Below are positions 1 through 16,215 of a stretch of 64,000 bases of DNA, piece by piece. Made by a program: the position numbers and the translations under genes. Under the pieces are notes generated by a model. It was given only the letters and a program-made list of their open reading frames with translations. It was not told where the DNA came from and ran no database searches. Source of the DNA: Macrostomum lignano (taxonomy: Eukaryota); contig NIVC01001194.1 in assembly GCA_002269645.1 (NCBI GenBank), positions 186,001 through 250,000 on the forward strand. The letters run 5' to 3'. Positions within the stretch are counted from its first letter, which is position 1. Every line of letters starts with the position of its first letter.

Positions 1-33
1 TTGAACCTCACAAAAAACCTCCACACTGCGCAG

Positions 34-3886
<3,853 letters not shown>

Positions 3887-4636
3887 TTTCTGTTATTCTT
3901 TTCTGGCAGTAATTTGCGGTTCTGATTTACTTGACAATCGTAGCTCGTAGCTTTACGAGTAAAAAAGTAAAATAGGTATATTTCTTATTTTTTTAAATAT
4001 TCAAATTTTACTACTGAATGCGTCGAATCTAAGTAGTTGGTGTTTGTTTTTTTGAAAAATAGCACGTAATACGCGTAATAAAAATTCGCCAGTTTAAAAA
4101 CATTAACCTGGCCGTGGATTTCTGCGATTCGTTAAATTGGCAGGTGTCAATCTCGATAAGTTTCTTATCTGACAGAATTGGGTTTTACATGAAGCCAGTG
4201 TGGAAATGTTTTAAACATCAGGCCAGCTGCAGACACTACGACTATGTACATGACCTCAAAAACATTTATACCAAAAATATGAACCAGCTGCACGACCCAG
4301 AAACTCAGACCAAATAGACCTCATATTTGGATGAAAGAGGAGAAAGGAGAGAAGAGGAGAGGAGAGAAAACAGATGAGATGAGATAGGAGTGAGGAAAAA
4401 AAGAGACACAAACCGAGCGAGCCGGATTGCTACTGTGAAGCCTCAATTAAGGACCCGAGAGAGGCTACGCGGGAGTGTGGAGGGTGCATGGGCCCGATCC
4501 TTTTCGACCCCGTTCTATGGTCTGTATAAGTCTGAATAGTATGGTCTTTATAGATATGGTCTATGGTCTGAATGATCTGGGCTTAAGGGTCAGGGTTCTA
4601 TGGTCTATGGTCTATGGTCTAGCTATGACCTCGGGG

Positions 4637-5024
4637 CAGGCGCGTCGCGAACGGGGGGGGACAGGGGGGACATGTCCCCCCCCAGTAAAAGCTCTGGGGG
4701 GGGACATGCCAATGCTTTGTCCCCCGACCCCACCTTGTGGTAATCAGTAATTTTTCTTCAGGGCGCCAAATTATAGTGCCTTCGGCGCCAAAATGAATGT
4801 CTGCGGTGCTAAAATGAGTGCCTGCGGTGCTAAAATGAGTGCCTGCGGTGCTAAAATGAGTGCCTGCGGTGCTAAAATGAGTGCCTGCGGTGCTAAAATG
4901 AGTGCCTGCGGTGCTAAAATGAGTGTCTTCGGCGCTAAAATGAGTACCAAAATTTAGTCATGTACATGTACATGTTGAATTCTTGGCTTTGTCCCCCACC
5001 ATTAAATCCATGGCGACGCCCCTG
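4637..5024. mobile_element. hAT-type MITE, copy 1
   Basis: TIR CAGGCGCGTCGC...GCGACGCCCCTG (11/12). Flanking 8-mers cctcgggg/cctcgggt match 7/8 as a TSD. It carries an internal 20-nt tandem repeat and is inserted in a (ctatggt)n tract. Confidence 0.8.
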
Positions 5025-6379
5025 CCTCGGGTCTATGGTCTATGGTCTATGGTCTCTGGTCTCGGGTCTATGTGATCTATGGTCTATTGTCTGTGGTCTA
5101 TTTATGGTTCATGATCTATGGTCTGTAGTCCATGGTTGTCTATAGTAGTCGGATTGCTTAATCTACATTTACTAAATCTCTAATATTTGTATGCTTGTCC
5201 AAAATGCTCTAGAGATTGCAATTCTTCATAAAATACTAAAAGGTGTGATCAATGATAAGACTTGGTCAATTCAAAAGTTACACTCGTATTGTAACACTCT
5301 TGTTGTTTTTTAAACATCCCTCATGACCACGCCTTATGCAAAATGCATTGTACATATACAGTATTAACCCTGTGGCTGTGCCGCCAATGCAATATGACCC
5401 TTTACGACTACTGTAAGACGCAAAAGTAGCAGTATGAGATGATTTCGTTCCTTTAATTCTCTGCTTTCTTATCTTTCGATCGTTTTTAGATCCGCCAATC
5501 TCAAGTGCTTGCGCTTTTTCCCCCTATAACTTGTAAGAAAATCCCTCATACACGTTTTAATGATTATAATGAATGACAATTTATGTGGACAACAGCTGTA
5601 ACATATTTGTGACCCGCTCCCGAGGCAAAGATAAGATCTTTTTTGGTTGCATGGGTTCAGATAAGTAGTAAAGTCAGTCAATCAGAAAATGCAGCATGCA
5701 TTTCAAAAAAATCGGTTCAGCCAATCAAAATCAACGTGACCGGTTATATAAAAAATTATAGCAGTTGTTAGCTAACTTCAACTGCAGATTTGAAAGCCGC
5801 AAAATCTGATCGAAGTTTTTGTGAATTCTTTGTTTCTGTGTCGGTATTTGATCAATGGCAATATACTGCATGTACATGTACATGTACACTGTAATAGAAT
5901 CTCTGCAGCTAGGGTACTCATGCATGAATGTATTACATATACAGTACATATAGTCTTCGAAACGATTCGAAACATATGTACGTGTCGAATCGATCATTCC
6001 CAATACACGAGGTTCAAGGTCAAAAACATGGCATGCAGGCATATCACGCGTACAGACCAAACACATAAAAATTTTAAGTCCGCTCTATTTATCAATTAGC
6101 GCATGCATTCTGTTAGTCTAATGTGCACTTACGGTTTGGGGCATCAGCAGGCCGCAGGCGGCGAGGAATATACAACAATGGCGAAACCCGACCGGATACA
6201 ACGACACATGCAGTACGCTGGCTGAACGTCAGCGTAATGTAAAACTACATATCTTTCAGCGACGTCGATGGATGTCGGGAACGTCGGCCGACGTCGCTGA
6301 TAACAGATCATTGCGTAATACGGGATACATATGATGTATAAATTTGTATATGTATTACTGTACGTGTACTAACACGTAC

Positions 6380-6677
6380 CAGGGACGTCGCCATGGATTT
6401 TATGGTGGGTCAAAGCCAAGAATTAAACATGTACATGACTAAATTTTGGCACTCATTTTTGCGCCGCAAGCACTCATTTTAGCGTCGCAGGCACTCATTT
6501 TAGCGCCGCAGTCACGCATTTTTGCACCGAAGGCGCTATATTTTGGCGCCCTGAAGAAAAAGTATTGATTTCCACAACAATTCACAAGGTGGGGTGGGGG
6601 CCGGACAAAGCATTGGCATGTCCCCCCAGAGCTTTTACTGGTGGGACATATCCCGGCCCCCGGTGGCGACGCGCCTG
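6380..6677. mobile_element. hAT-type MITE, copy 2 (inverted relative to copy 1)
   Basis: TIR CAGGGACGTCGCC...GGCGACGCGCCTG, perfect 8-bp TSD acacgtac (6372-6379, 6678-6685), and sequence homologous to 4637-5024. Confidence 0.88.
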
Positions 6678-7237
6678 ACACGTACGTTACAGTGTACATA
6701 TTGACCCGGCGAAGCAAGAGGAAGATAAAGCTTAGCCAAAAAAACCCACGGCACCAGAAGTCCTCGACGTTATATGTCCTTGCGTACGAGTATTATCCGC
6801 TATGTCTTTGAAATTGACGACAAAAAGTTACTACTTTGGAGACCTTTCCATTTTTAGCATAAAATCAGCAAGTATTGCTCATCGGGACTTTTTGGCACAG
6901 TAAGCCTCATCAAAAATATTTTTCCATAATTTACTACAACGGAACTATCTGCTTACTGTTATTTTGCTAAATACAATTGATAAAACAAATCTTTAAGTTG
7001 CCAATCTAAATAAAATAGTTTTTTTCAAATAAACAGTGTAAGGCAGGTCTTTAAACTTTATTTTTACTCAATGTGAATAAATTAATCGTTTTAATAGAAA
7101 TTTCGATTAAATTTGAATGCTTTTCTTCTTGCTGTTCCCGTCAAACGTACAGTGGTTACAGCACGACAAATCGCCACGCCAGACTGCTCACCGCTTAGTA
7201 GCTTAATTACGCTAGAACTAGCTTAAAAAATACTCGA

Positions 7238-10200
7238 ATGGCACCACCTAAGACTAAGCCAGCTAAGGCTGATAGTGCAAAGAAGACAGGTGAGCTTGCT
7301 AGCTTGGTGTGTCTTATGACTTATGTGCATTTATAATGATGAATGATGATGAAATTTGATGAATTTTTTGTGATATACTTTTAAGCTATAGATTAAAGGA
7401 ACCTTAAAAACTAGAAACTATCGCAGGCCATATTGTATAATTTCAGATAGAAAGCAATTAAAGGACTTCTTTTACTACAGGTATATAAATCATTTGCAGT
7501 TTTAATAGGATTATAATTTTGTCTACTATTATTGAGGTTTTTGATGGTGCTGATTTCAAATTTAAGCTTTATTTTTCTAGTTTAAAGCCAACCACTGGGG
7601 CATGGGGAATTGGAGGTTTATGGGTGGGGAGAATCTTAATGGGGATTTATTGTATATATCTAAGGCTAAACTTCAATTGAGACAGAGGGGTCTATTGAAG
7701 ATTAAGCTAATTAATTCTAAGATAGGGAGGTCCAATGTGGGGATTGTTGCATTAAAGTTAGAGATGTCCTGATAATGATTTTTTGCTACCATCCAAAACC
7801 CAAAATTAAAATTTGATATATACCTGAAAGTGACAAAAAATTTAAAGCCAACAAAGCAATCAAGCATGCAATTGAGATACAGTTTCATATTATTCATATT
7901 TGTTTGAAATATTCAAGAATGTCATTATTCATTAAGCATATTTATAGCTTAAAGTTCAAATTAGCTTCAATGAACAAAAGCTATTGTGAAGTTTTAGCTT
8001 CTCAGTCACAATGAGTCCCTCAGCACTAAAAACAGTGAAGGGACATTCAGAATAGTGATGGATCCGAATATTCGGATTCGGATTAAGACACCGAAAAAAA
8101 GTCTCATTTTTTTAGAAATCCGAATGTTTCGGATTCGGAAATTTTATTTTCCGAATATCCGAATGTGCTTCCAAATATGAAAAAAGCAAACAACCAAAAA
8201 CAAAATTATGCTAACGTAAAAGAAATACAACTTTTTGAAAAGAAAGTCAGTTAAAAAACGATCAGCGCAAAATTTAACGTAATATTGCTCGTTTTTACAA
8301 TTGTCTGTTTTGCAATAACATATATTATTAAAAAGTGTTAAAAAGTAAAGTCACTTAACATCGGAACCTTTGAGGCATTCAACCTAAAGTTGCAGAAACA
8401 TTTAATCGCAGTAATTATTGTTTAAGTGTAATCATCACTTTTTCAAAATGCAAATTAATGTGCACACAGTAAAGTTATCAAATTGCACAAACGTTATGTC
8501 AGTTAGTATTAGTATTTGGAATTAGTTAGATTAGATATATAAGAATTGAGTTCAATTCTAAGTTTAATTCAATTCAGATACTAGATAGATATAATATAAG
8601 CCCGAGATTAGATTGAATCTTGTCAGTAAATTAATGTATAGCGCTAATACAATTACTAATTAGATGATGAGGCATTTTCATCACTGAAAGGTGTCATAGT
8701 TACTCCTGCCGTGTACCTTTTACTTTTTTTTACATTCGGAAACAAATTCGGATATTCGGATTTGGAATTTTTTTGTACATTCGGATTTAGTTTTGGAAAC
8801 TTGCAAAAATCTACATTCGGTCTATCACTAATTCAGAATCTGCGCTGGAGGCAGGCACAACAAGAATGCGCCTGGCAAGCTTTTCAATTTCATTTATCAA
8901 TATAAAGCTAGGCACAAGACTAGGCTTTTGGTTTTGGTTTTGGTGTTTGGGGGTTGCCATTGCCAACTTGGGGGGTTGGAGTCAAACAATGAAAGGAGAG
9001 GATGATCGGTGGAGCCCAAAAGTTTAGGTGGCAAGCAAACCCATAAAACTCCATTGTGAAGAGAGAGAGAGAGAGAGAGAGAAAGATGGTTTAAAGTGGC
9101 AAACATTAAGGGACTGAGGAGAAAGGGACGGCTAAAGTGACAAACATATAGAGAAGAGAGAAGAGTTAAATGGGGGCAGATTTAGATTTTTCATGTTTTC
9201 TATATTAATTTTTATGGTCTTATTATCAATTTATATAGATCAATTCACTAATTATAACTATGATATGTCTGGTATCCTGTCCATGCCTTAGCAGTGCCTA
9301 GTCTAGACTCTTATGTTAAAGTGATGATTTCACTGCTTAGCTAATACATAGGGAAAGGCACCAATAAAAAACCAATTGAATCTTGGCACAGTTCTAGCTA
9401 TCTGCTTACTGTTATAACTGCTATATACATTCATCCCAAGCCCAACCCCCTGTTCTGGGGGAATCATTAAATTTAATTGAACCCCTAGCATTCAATGGTT
9501 TTATTTGCATTGAATGCACCCACCCCTCCAATACACAGCAACCCGCAGGCAGAGGTCAGGGTGGCTATTATTACAAATAGGCTGCAACCCTTCTACTGGA
9601 AAGGCAGACTGGCCAAAGAAGGTTACAAAAATTCTACATTTATACGTATAAGTTTTACATTTGAGTTGGCAGCCATCTCGTAGGAGATACATGTTAAACC
9701 CAGCTAGCGGATCAATCAATCCACTCAGCTTTAGATACAAGACAATGAGCTTGAAATTTCAGGTATCAATGTACCCAAAAGTGTAATACCCAAAATCAAA
9801 ACTATGCCCAGAAATTTGCAATGAAAATGCTCAAATTTTTGGGTACCCAAAATTCTAGCCAAAATTTCAGGCCATCTCTAATTAAAGTGTAAATAAAAAT
9901 GTCAGCAAATTATTGAACGCCTCTAAGTATATCCTAAAAATAATTTAGAAGCAATTTTGAAAGGACTAAAAAAGGCAATTATGCCAAATCTATTCGTTTA
10001 TAAATTTTAGTACAAAAAATATGACAATAGTCTAATAGCTTAAGGTTTAAAATTTACTAACTATGGAATTTTCTTTGTATTTGACTGCTCATTAAAACTT
10101 GACTTGAATACTTAGCTCAAAATCCCAAAGTTTGGTCAAGTGCTTGACTTGACCAAAACCTGAGTTGTCTAGGCTCTACAATCTAATACTAGTAGTATTA

Positions 10201-12602
10201 ACTTATACTAAACTATAAGTTAGGCTAGTATAGTAATATCACTTGACTACTAACACTAATTAATACAGTTAGTGTTTTTGTGTGCCTATATATTATAATA
10301 AAAAATGCATCCTTATTTAGCTATTGTATACCTAAATAAGCCTAGATGCCAATGATAAATCTTAATCCTAATCCAAATCAATCCCAAGTCCTGACTTTTA
10401 TAAATTCAATCTCGCCTAACCAAGATTTTTCCTATCCCAGTTGGGCCCTATATTTGTGATATTCAAATGGAGACTACTTATATTATAGTTAATAATTTGA
10501 TAAATATATTGCTATTAGACATAGTATCACAGTTATAACAATATTATAGCAAAACAATATGCTTGAAAGTTTCTATAGTCCATAAAGTAGCCTTTATGTC
10601 AGAAAATTCTAGCATATTTTTGCTCTTGCTGACAATCTTGGCGTACACTTGGTATATAGAGTTTTCAAGTTCAATATGAAGTGTACACAGTCACTTTAGT
10701 TTAGATTGTATATTAGTGTATGCCAGGTTTAATGCTAGGAAAAATGATGAAACCTTGTTTGTATGCTGGATTTGTATGCCAATACAAAAATTGTTATTTG
10801 ATACAATGTATCTGCTGTGTCATGTATGCTAGGATATATCCTAATTTACACTAAAAGTGATAAGACCCTTGTTATATACTAGAAAATCCCAGCATATAGG
10901 TCACCTTACAAACTATGGCACAGTTGGCATATAAAAAATTCAGTTTAGAGCTAATATAGTTGTGTAGTTAAATATCAACCAACAAAAGCTTTGTTAAAAA
11001 TAATCAAAAACAAAAAGAAATAATATTAATGCAATTTATGAGAAAAACAAAATTAAAACAATAAACAAAACATCTGTTTTTAGCAAAAAAGTTGCCATTC
11101 TAAAATTTAATAAATTATTCTATTTTTAATATTAAGATTAAAAAATCACGCTCATATTTCTATTGAAGGTGATTTTTGAATTTTTGGACATCTTCAAGTT
11201 TATGTTGATAAATTAGTTGCAGTTTTTACAGGATCATAATTTTGTCTCTATAGAGGGTTTTTGATAGTGCTTATTTCAAATTTGAGCTTCATTTTTTCGT
11301 AGCTTCAACCCAACTATATGTAGCTTGAAACCAATCATTAGGGCAAAGGGAATAGGGAGTTAGGATAGAAAGATTCTTCATGGGGATTTTTTATTTACAT
11401 AAATTTGAATAGAAGCATGGAAACCTATTTTAAGATAGGATTCTTGTTCCAGCATACACTATTGCACAATCTGGACCTTGGCATGTTTGAATTCTGGGCT
11501 ATCCTATAAAATCATTTGTTAACTTATTTTTTGCTTGATATTAATTCCTTTTTAATTTAGAGTCCAAAAAATGAAACACATAAACAAATTAATAGTTTAA
11601 TGTGTATTGGTAACAAAATTGTTGCTGCCAGTACATGCTGCCAAGTCCTTAATCCTAAGGACTTTGGGAGCTCTTCTTGCATTGAAAATGAAAAAACCAT
11701 ATTAACTTTAGCCTTCATTATCCCTACTATAGATGGGGCATGTAGCATCAAAAATGTCTTTTGCTGGAGTTTCTAATCCTTAAGACTTGAAAGTTTTAAA
11801 ATATCCTTTACCATATAACCTTAGCTAATAAATTTCTAGTAACTTCTTCTAATTTAAGAAATGTTAAATCCCTAAATTATTTGTTATAATTTATTGTTAA
11901 ATCAACTACCAGCATTAAAAATTTAATCAATCATTCACTACTAAAGTGAGAAATATAGTGAGAAAAGTAAAGAATGACAGCAATAGTTTTACCTATCACT
12001 CAATTACATCTGATTGCTTGAGCCCTTAACCCTAGAGACAAAAGCTGGGCCCCTCGCCAGCTGGCCAGATCAGCTGGGTGTCGCTCAGGTGTGGTAGCTA
12101 TAGTAGAAATTTAATATATTAAAATAGTGTGCATAACAAATATTGCTATCACTATATATTCAATGTAAACTTCGTGCCCGCAGTGACGAAGGCGCTGAAG
12201 GCCAAGGGCCAGCAGTTGAAGGGCACGCAGCAGCTGCGCAAGCGGAAGATCCGGACCACACCGCGGTTCAAGCGGCCGGAGACCTACCGCCCGCCCCGCG
12301 CCCCCAAGTACGCGCGCCGCTCTCTGCCACGACGCAACGCGCTGGACGCATTCAAGATCATGCAGTACCCGCTGACCACTGAGTCCTCCATGAAGAAGAT
12401 CGAAGAGCAGAACACGCTGGTGTTCATTGTTGACAAGCGGGCTAGCAAGCCACTGATCAAGGACGCAGTGAAGAAGCTGTACGACATCCAGGCCAGCAAG
12501 GTGAACACCTTGATCCGGCCTGACGGTTTGAAGAAGGCCTACGTGAAGCTGAGCGCGGAGCACGACGCGCTGGACGTGGCTAACAAAATCGGCATCATCT
12601 AA
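7238..12602 (+). CDS. RPL23A: 60S ribosomal protein L23a (uL23); exons 7238-7289 and 12184-12602
   Basis: Exon 2 encodes KIRT..F.RP.T....[26 protein letters not shown] and [24 protein letters not shown]. Exon 1 is [17 protein letters not shown] with donor G|GTGAGC; the phase-1 join to ccgcag|TG gives an intact frame. Confidence 0.95.
8053..8830. mobile_element. hAT-type MITE in RPL23A intron
   Basis: TIR TAGTGATGGATCCGAAT...ATTCGGTCTATCACTA, perfect 8-bp TSD attcagaa (8045-8052, 8831-8838), and subterminal TTCGGA repeats. Confidence 0.88.
9627..9742. repeat. Dispersed ~115-bp repeat with an inverted copy at ~41021-41138
   Basis: atcaatccactcagctttagatacaaga versus tcttatatctaaagctgagtggattgat, with similarity continuing across the block. 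Confidence 0.7.
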
Positions 12603-13716
12603 GCTGGAGGGATGCTGTGTAGACTTGTCATGACTTGCTGGTCTGGTTTAACAACGGTAGCTGTGTTGGTTTATAGCATTAGCAGACTGTAATTGCTGTT
12701 CTTATACAGTTAAATACATAAAAAATTGTTTGGCTGGCTGTTTTGATGAGTAATCCTTGCACGATTGCTGCTTGTTGGATAAAAATTATTGACTTCAAAC
12801 GCTTTCGTTAATTGCGTGTCAAATTTGACACTTGATCGAGTTGAACTGGAACGAGTTGAGCTCAAAAACAGGCTCTAATTTCACAAGTTCAAAATTTCAC
12901 ATTATAGAGAAGTCTTGCTAGTCATCAGCTTGCTTGCAGCTTACACAATCTCGAGCCTTATGAAGTTCACCTGTGTCTTGGACCGAAGATGTGATGAAAT
13001 TTCTATATTTGTCTTTCAATGGTCTCATCGACCTAAGATTATTTTAATTTTGTTCCTGCATTTTGCTATGTCAAAAAATGGTCCATAGTTCATGAAATTC
13101 AGCAAGATCTGTTTGTAAGGAAGTTAAAGACTTGAGTAAGCTTTGCACTTGTAACTTTATAACTGGCTCAAACGCGTCTTACGCGACGGAGAGGCGACTT
13201 GCGTCACAAGCGCGTCAAATCAGTTGTGGTAGAATCGTAAAAAGAGACGTCCAAGAATCGTTGAGCTAGCTCATAACTTTGTACTAACAGTAGGCTAGCT
13301 GGAGTGCAATTACAATTCGATCAATCAATAAGCTAAATTTGGTGTTTATTGCGTAACTGTAACTTCTGATTCTGTAACGCGTCCTAAGCGTTTCCGAAGT
13401 GACGCACTAACGATTCTATACAGAGACGCTTTACAGAGAGCTTAAAATTCAATAACAGTTTTGAAAACAGCGAGTCCTGGCCGGGGGTAATGAAAAATCT
13501 ACAAAAACCTCCAACTTCAAAAAACTGCTTAAATTATTATTATTATAGAAAAGCAAATATTGAAAGCTTGTTTATTGTTATTAATTTATGAAATCAATAT
13601 TCTACAGAACGATTTTGTATTTAATACGAGCTAATAATAAGATGCTGCAGTAATTCTAATTAGCATCCCAGTTAGCACCAACGTGTCCTCAGTAGATCCG
13701 ACAGTTCCAACAGCGA

Positions 13717-15144
13717 TCAGCTGCTGACTGAAGAACTTGACTTTCTCTGCTGCTTTCCGCTAGCTGCAGACTTCTCTGGCGGCACAATGATCACCGGGAT
13801 GTGAGCATGGTGGAGCACGTGATCGGACACGCTGCCCAGAAATGTTCGCTTCAGTGCGCCCATGCCGCGGTTGCCCATGACAATCATGTTGGCCTCCTCG
13901 CGATTGGCCGCCTCCACGATTGACTGGCCGGGACCGGGGGTCATCTTCTCCACGAAACGGACGTGGTTGCTGGGGGCGACAGGGATTGAGAATTCGCGAT
14001 ATTGGAATCGACTAAAATGAGCTGTGATTGCTACAATTATTCATCAAATAGAAGTTTATCAATACATGTATAAACTTTCAGATAATGACTTTTTCACCGG
14101 TTAGATAGAATAGGGACATTCCGGGAGTGACACATTGTAAAATTAGGAGTGACAACTGTGTAAACTAGGAGTGATACCTCTGTAGACTTATAGGTAGGAA
14201 TGATACCCGTGTGTGGATGGGAGTGATACCTGGGTATACTTGTTGGGAGTGCATGATACCTGTGGACTCGAGTGATACCTGTGTAGACTTGTGTTTATTT
14301 GGGAGTGATACCTGTGTAGACTTGGAGTGATACATGTACCTGTGTAGACTTGTATAGACTTGGGAGTGATACCTGTGTAGACTTGTGTTTATTTGGGAGT
14401 GATACCTGTGTAGACTTGGAGTGATACATGTACCTGTGTAGACTTGTATAGACTTGGGAGTGATACCTGTGTAGACTTGTGTTTATTTGGGAGTGATACC
14501 TGTGTAGACTTGGAGTGATACATGTACCTGTGTAGACTTGTGTAGACTTGGGAGTGATACCTGTGTAGACTTGTGTTTATTTGGGAGTGATACCTGTGTA
14601 GACTTGGAGTGATACATGTACCTGTGTAGACTTGTATAGACTTGGGAGTGATACCTGTGTAGACTTGTGTAGACTTGGGAGTGATACCTGTGTAGACTTG
14701 GGAGTGACACCTGTGTAGAATGGAAGTGATACCTGTACCTGGCACCTGTTTGACCCAATGCGACGTACACATCTTGGACTATAAGCCTCTCTAAAAATAT
14801 TCAACCAACAAAGCCAAGGAGAGCACATGTTCTCACCGCATTCCCAGCTGCTGGCAGCGCTCCTGAATAACCATGGCCAGTCGTTTTCCTGGTCCAGCCA
14901 ACGCGCTCATCGAGGTCTTTCGCCTAACCGCCTTTTCCTGCTCTTCCGATTGTTGTTGCTGCTGCTGTTGCACCTTCTGCTGCGGCACAATGCCGCCCAT
15001 TGCGGAGGCCATATTGCCAGGTATCTCAATCGCATAGACAAAGATTAACTCGTCAGTAGGGCGGGCCAAATTCTCGGCAAACCAAATCAGAGCCCTGTCC
15101 GCGTGCTCGCTACCGTCTATGGGCAAGAGTACCTTTCTAGGCAT
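13717..15144 (-). CDS. Universal stress protein A (USP)-domain protein; exons 15144-14837 and 13969-13717
   Basis: N-terminal KVLLPIDGSEHADRALIW..N and C-terminal PGQSIVEAA..EANMIVMGNRGMGALKRTFLGSVSDHVLHHAHIPVIIVP (G-2x-G-9x-GS ATP motif). The phase-2 GT-AG join gives CGC. Confidence 0.92.
14200..14740. repeat. Intronic minisatellite (core gggagtgatacctgtgtagactt) in the USP gene
   Basis: Direct reading; it explains the YTGITPK-repeat pseudo-ORFs. Confidence 0.9.
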
Positions 15145-15886
15145 GCCGTCGGCACTTCTGACTTCAGCTGCTTGAAGATTGATTCGCTTAATTCCAGTGC
15201 TTGCAAGCTGATGGTATCGGTCAAGACTTGATAGCTAACACTTATATACGACAATGTAATTTGTTGAAGATAAGAGCTATAGCTAAGTTTTATTGTTATG
15301 CTATACGAGCTATACAGCTTTTTATCTGGATCTCTATATGCTATATCGTAGTTAGTGACAGCCGCGGCTAGAGAGGAGAGGCTTAAACGGGGCATCTGCA
15401 ATTGTGTGAATTTAATCTAAAAGCTGTGTGGAATTGGCTGTGTCTCAACCCCACCACAACCAGCCCGCTTATTCTGGTTCGCTCTTGTGCCGCTGCAACT
15501 GTAAGCACAGGCGCACACAAAGAGAATGACTTCTGATACTCTGTAATGTGCTGAAGTGTAAACACAGTTTTGCATATAATACGCATTGCTAGCGAACGAC
15601 CTTTTCCTGCACCCCAATGTACAGCTGTTGCGCATAATTTAGAAAATATGACATATTAAATAATTAAATAATGCACAAAAGCTAGCAATAGACTGTCAAA
15701 ATCCAGTCATTCTTTCTGTTTACATTATATACAAAGTTCATAAGGGCTCTCTTAGCTCTTGTTACGTATAAAAAAAATAATTGACAGCTACGAGCGTACT
15801 TTAATAAATATATTTTGATCCAGTACATCTCACTGAGGAACAAGCATTGGAAGTCAATAAAATAAGAAAATAATATCATCTTAAAC

Positions 15887-16026
15887 AACGACTACTCAAG
15901 ATCTACTTTCTTAGAAAATTTTAGAAGGCCGGTTTTTCCGAAAAAGACGTGTAACGGAGATGAAAACCGGCCTTCTAAAAATGTCCAAGAGACGAGGTTT
16001 CTTGTCCTTTTACTTGAGTAGTCATT
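15887..16026. mobile_element. Small palindromic MITE-like element
   Basis: Outer arms aacgactactcaag/cttgagtagtcatt and inner arms ttttagaaggccggtttt/aaaaccggccttctaaaa. Confidence 0.6.
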
Positions 16027-16215
16027 CGTTTAAAAATTGGTACAAATCAGCAGTTGAACTCAGAACCGGACTTTCTAACTGGACAGAAATTTTACGTAAT
16101 TATTAATTATTAACCTCATCAGAATTATATACTGATTCGATAATGAGGTCATTATTGAAGACAATATTCGGTCTCAAAATGACTTTCTCTATTCGAATTG
16201 CTGCTGGAAATTGCT

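Noticed and set aside
7290-12183. Intron-hosted C/D snoRNAs as in vertebrate RPL23A
   Set aside because: Several RTGATGA boxes (e.g. ~9321) but no properly spaced CTGA with a terminal stem.
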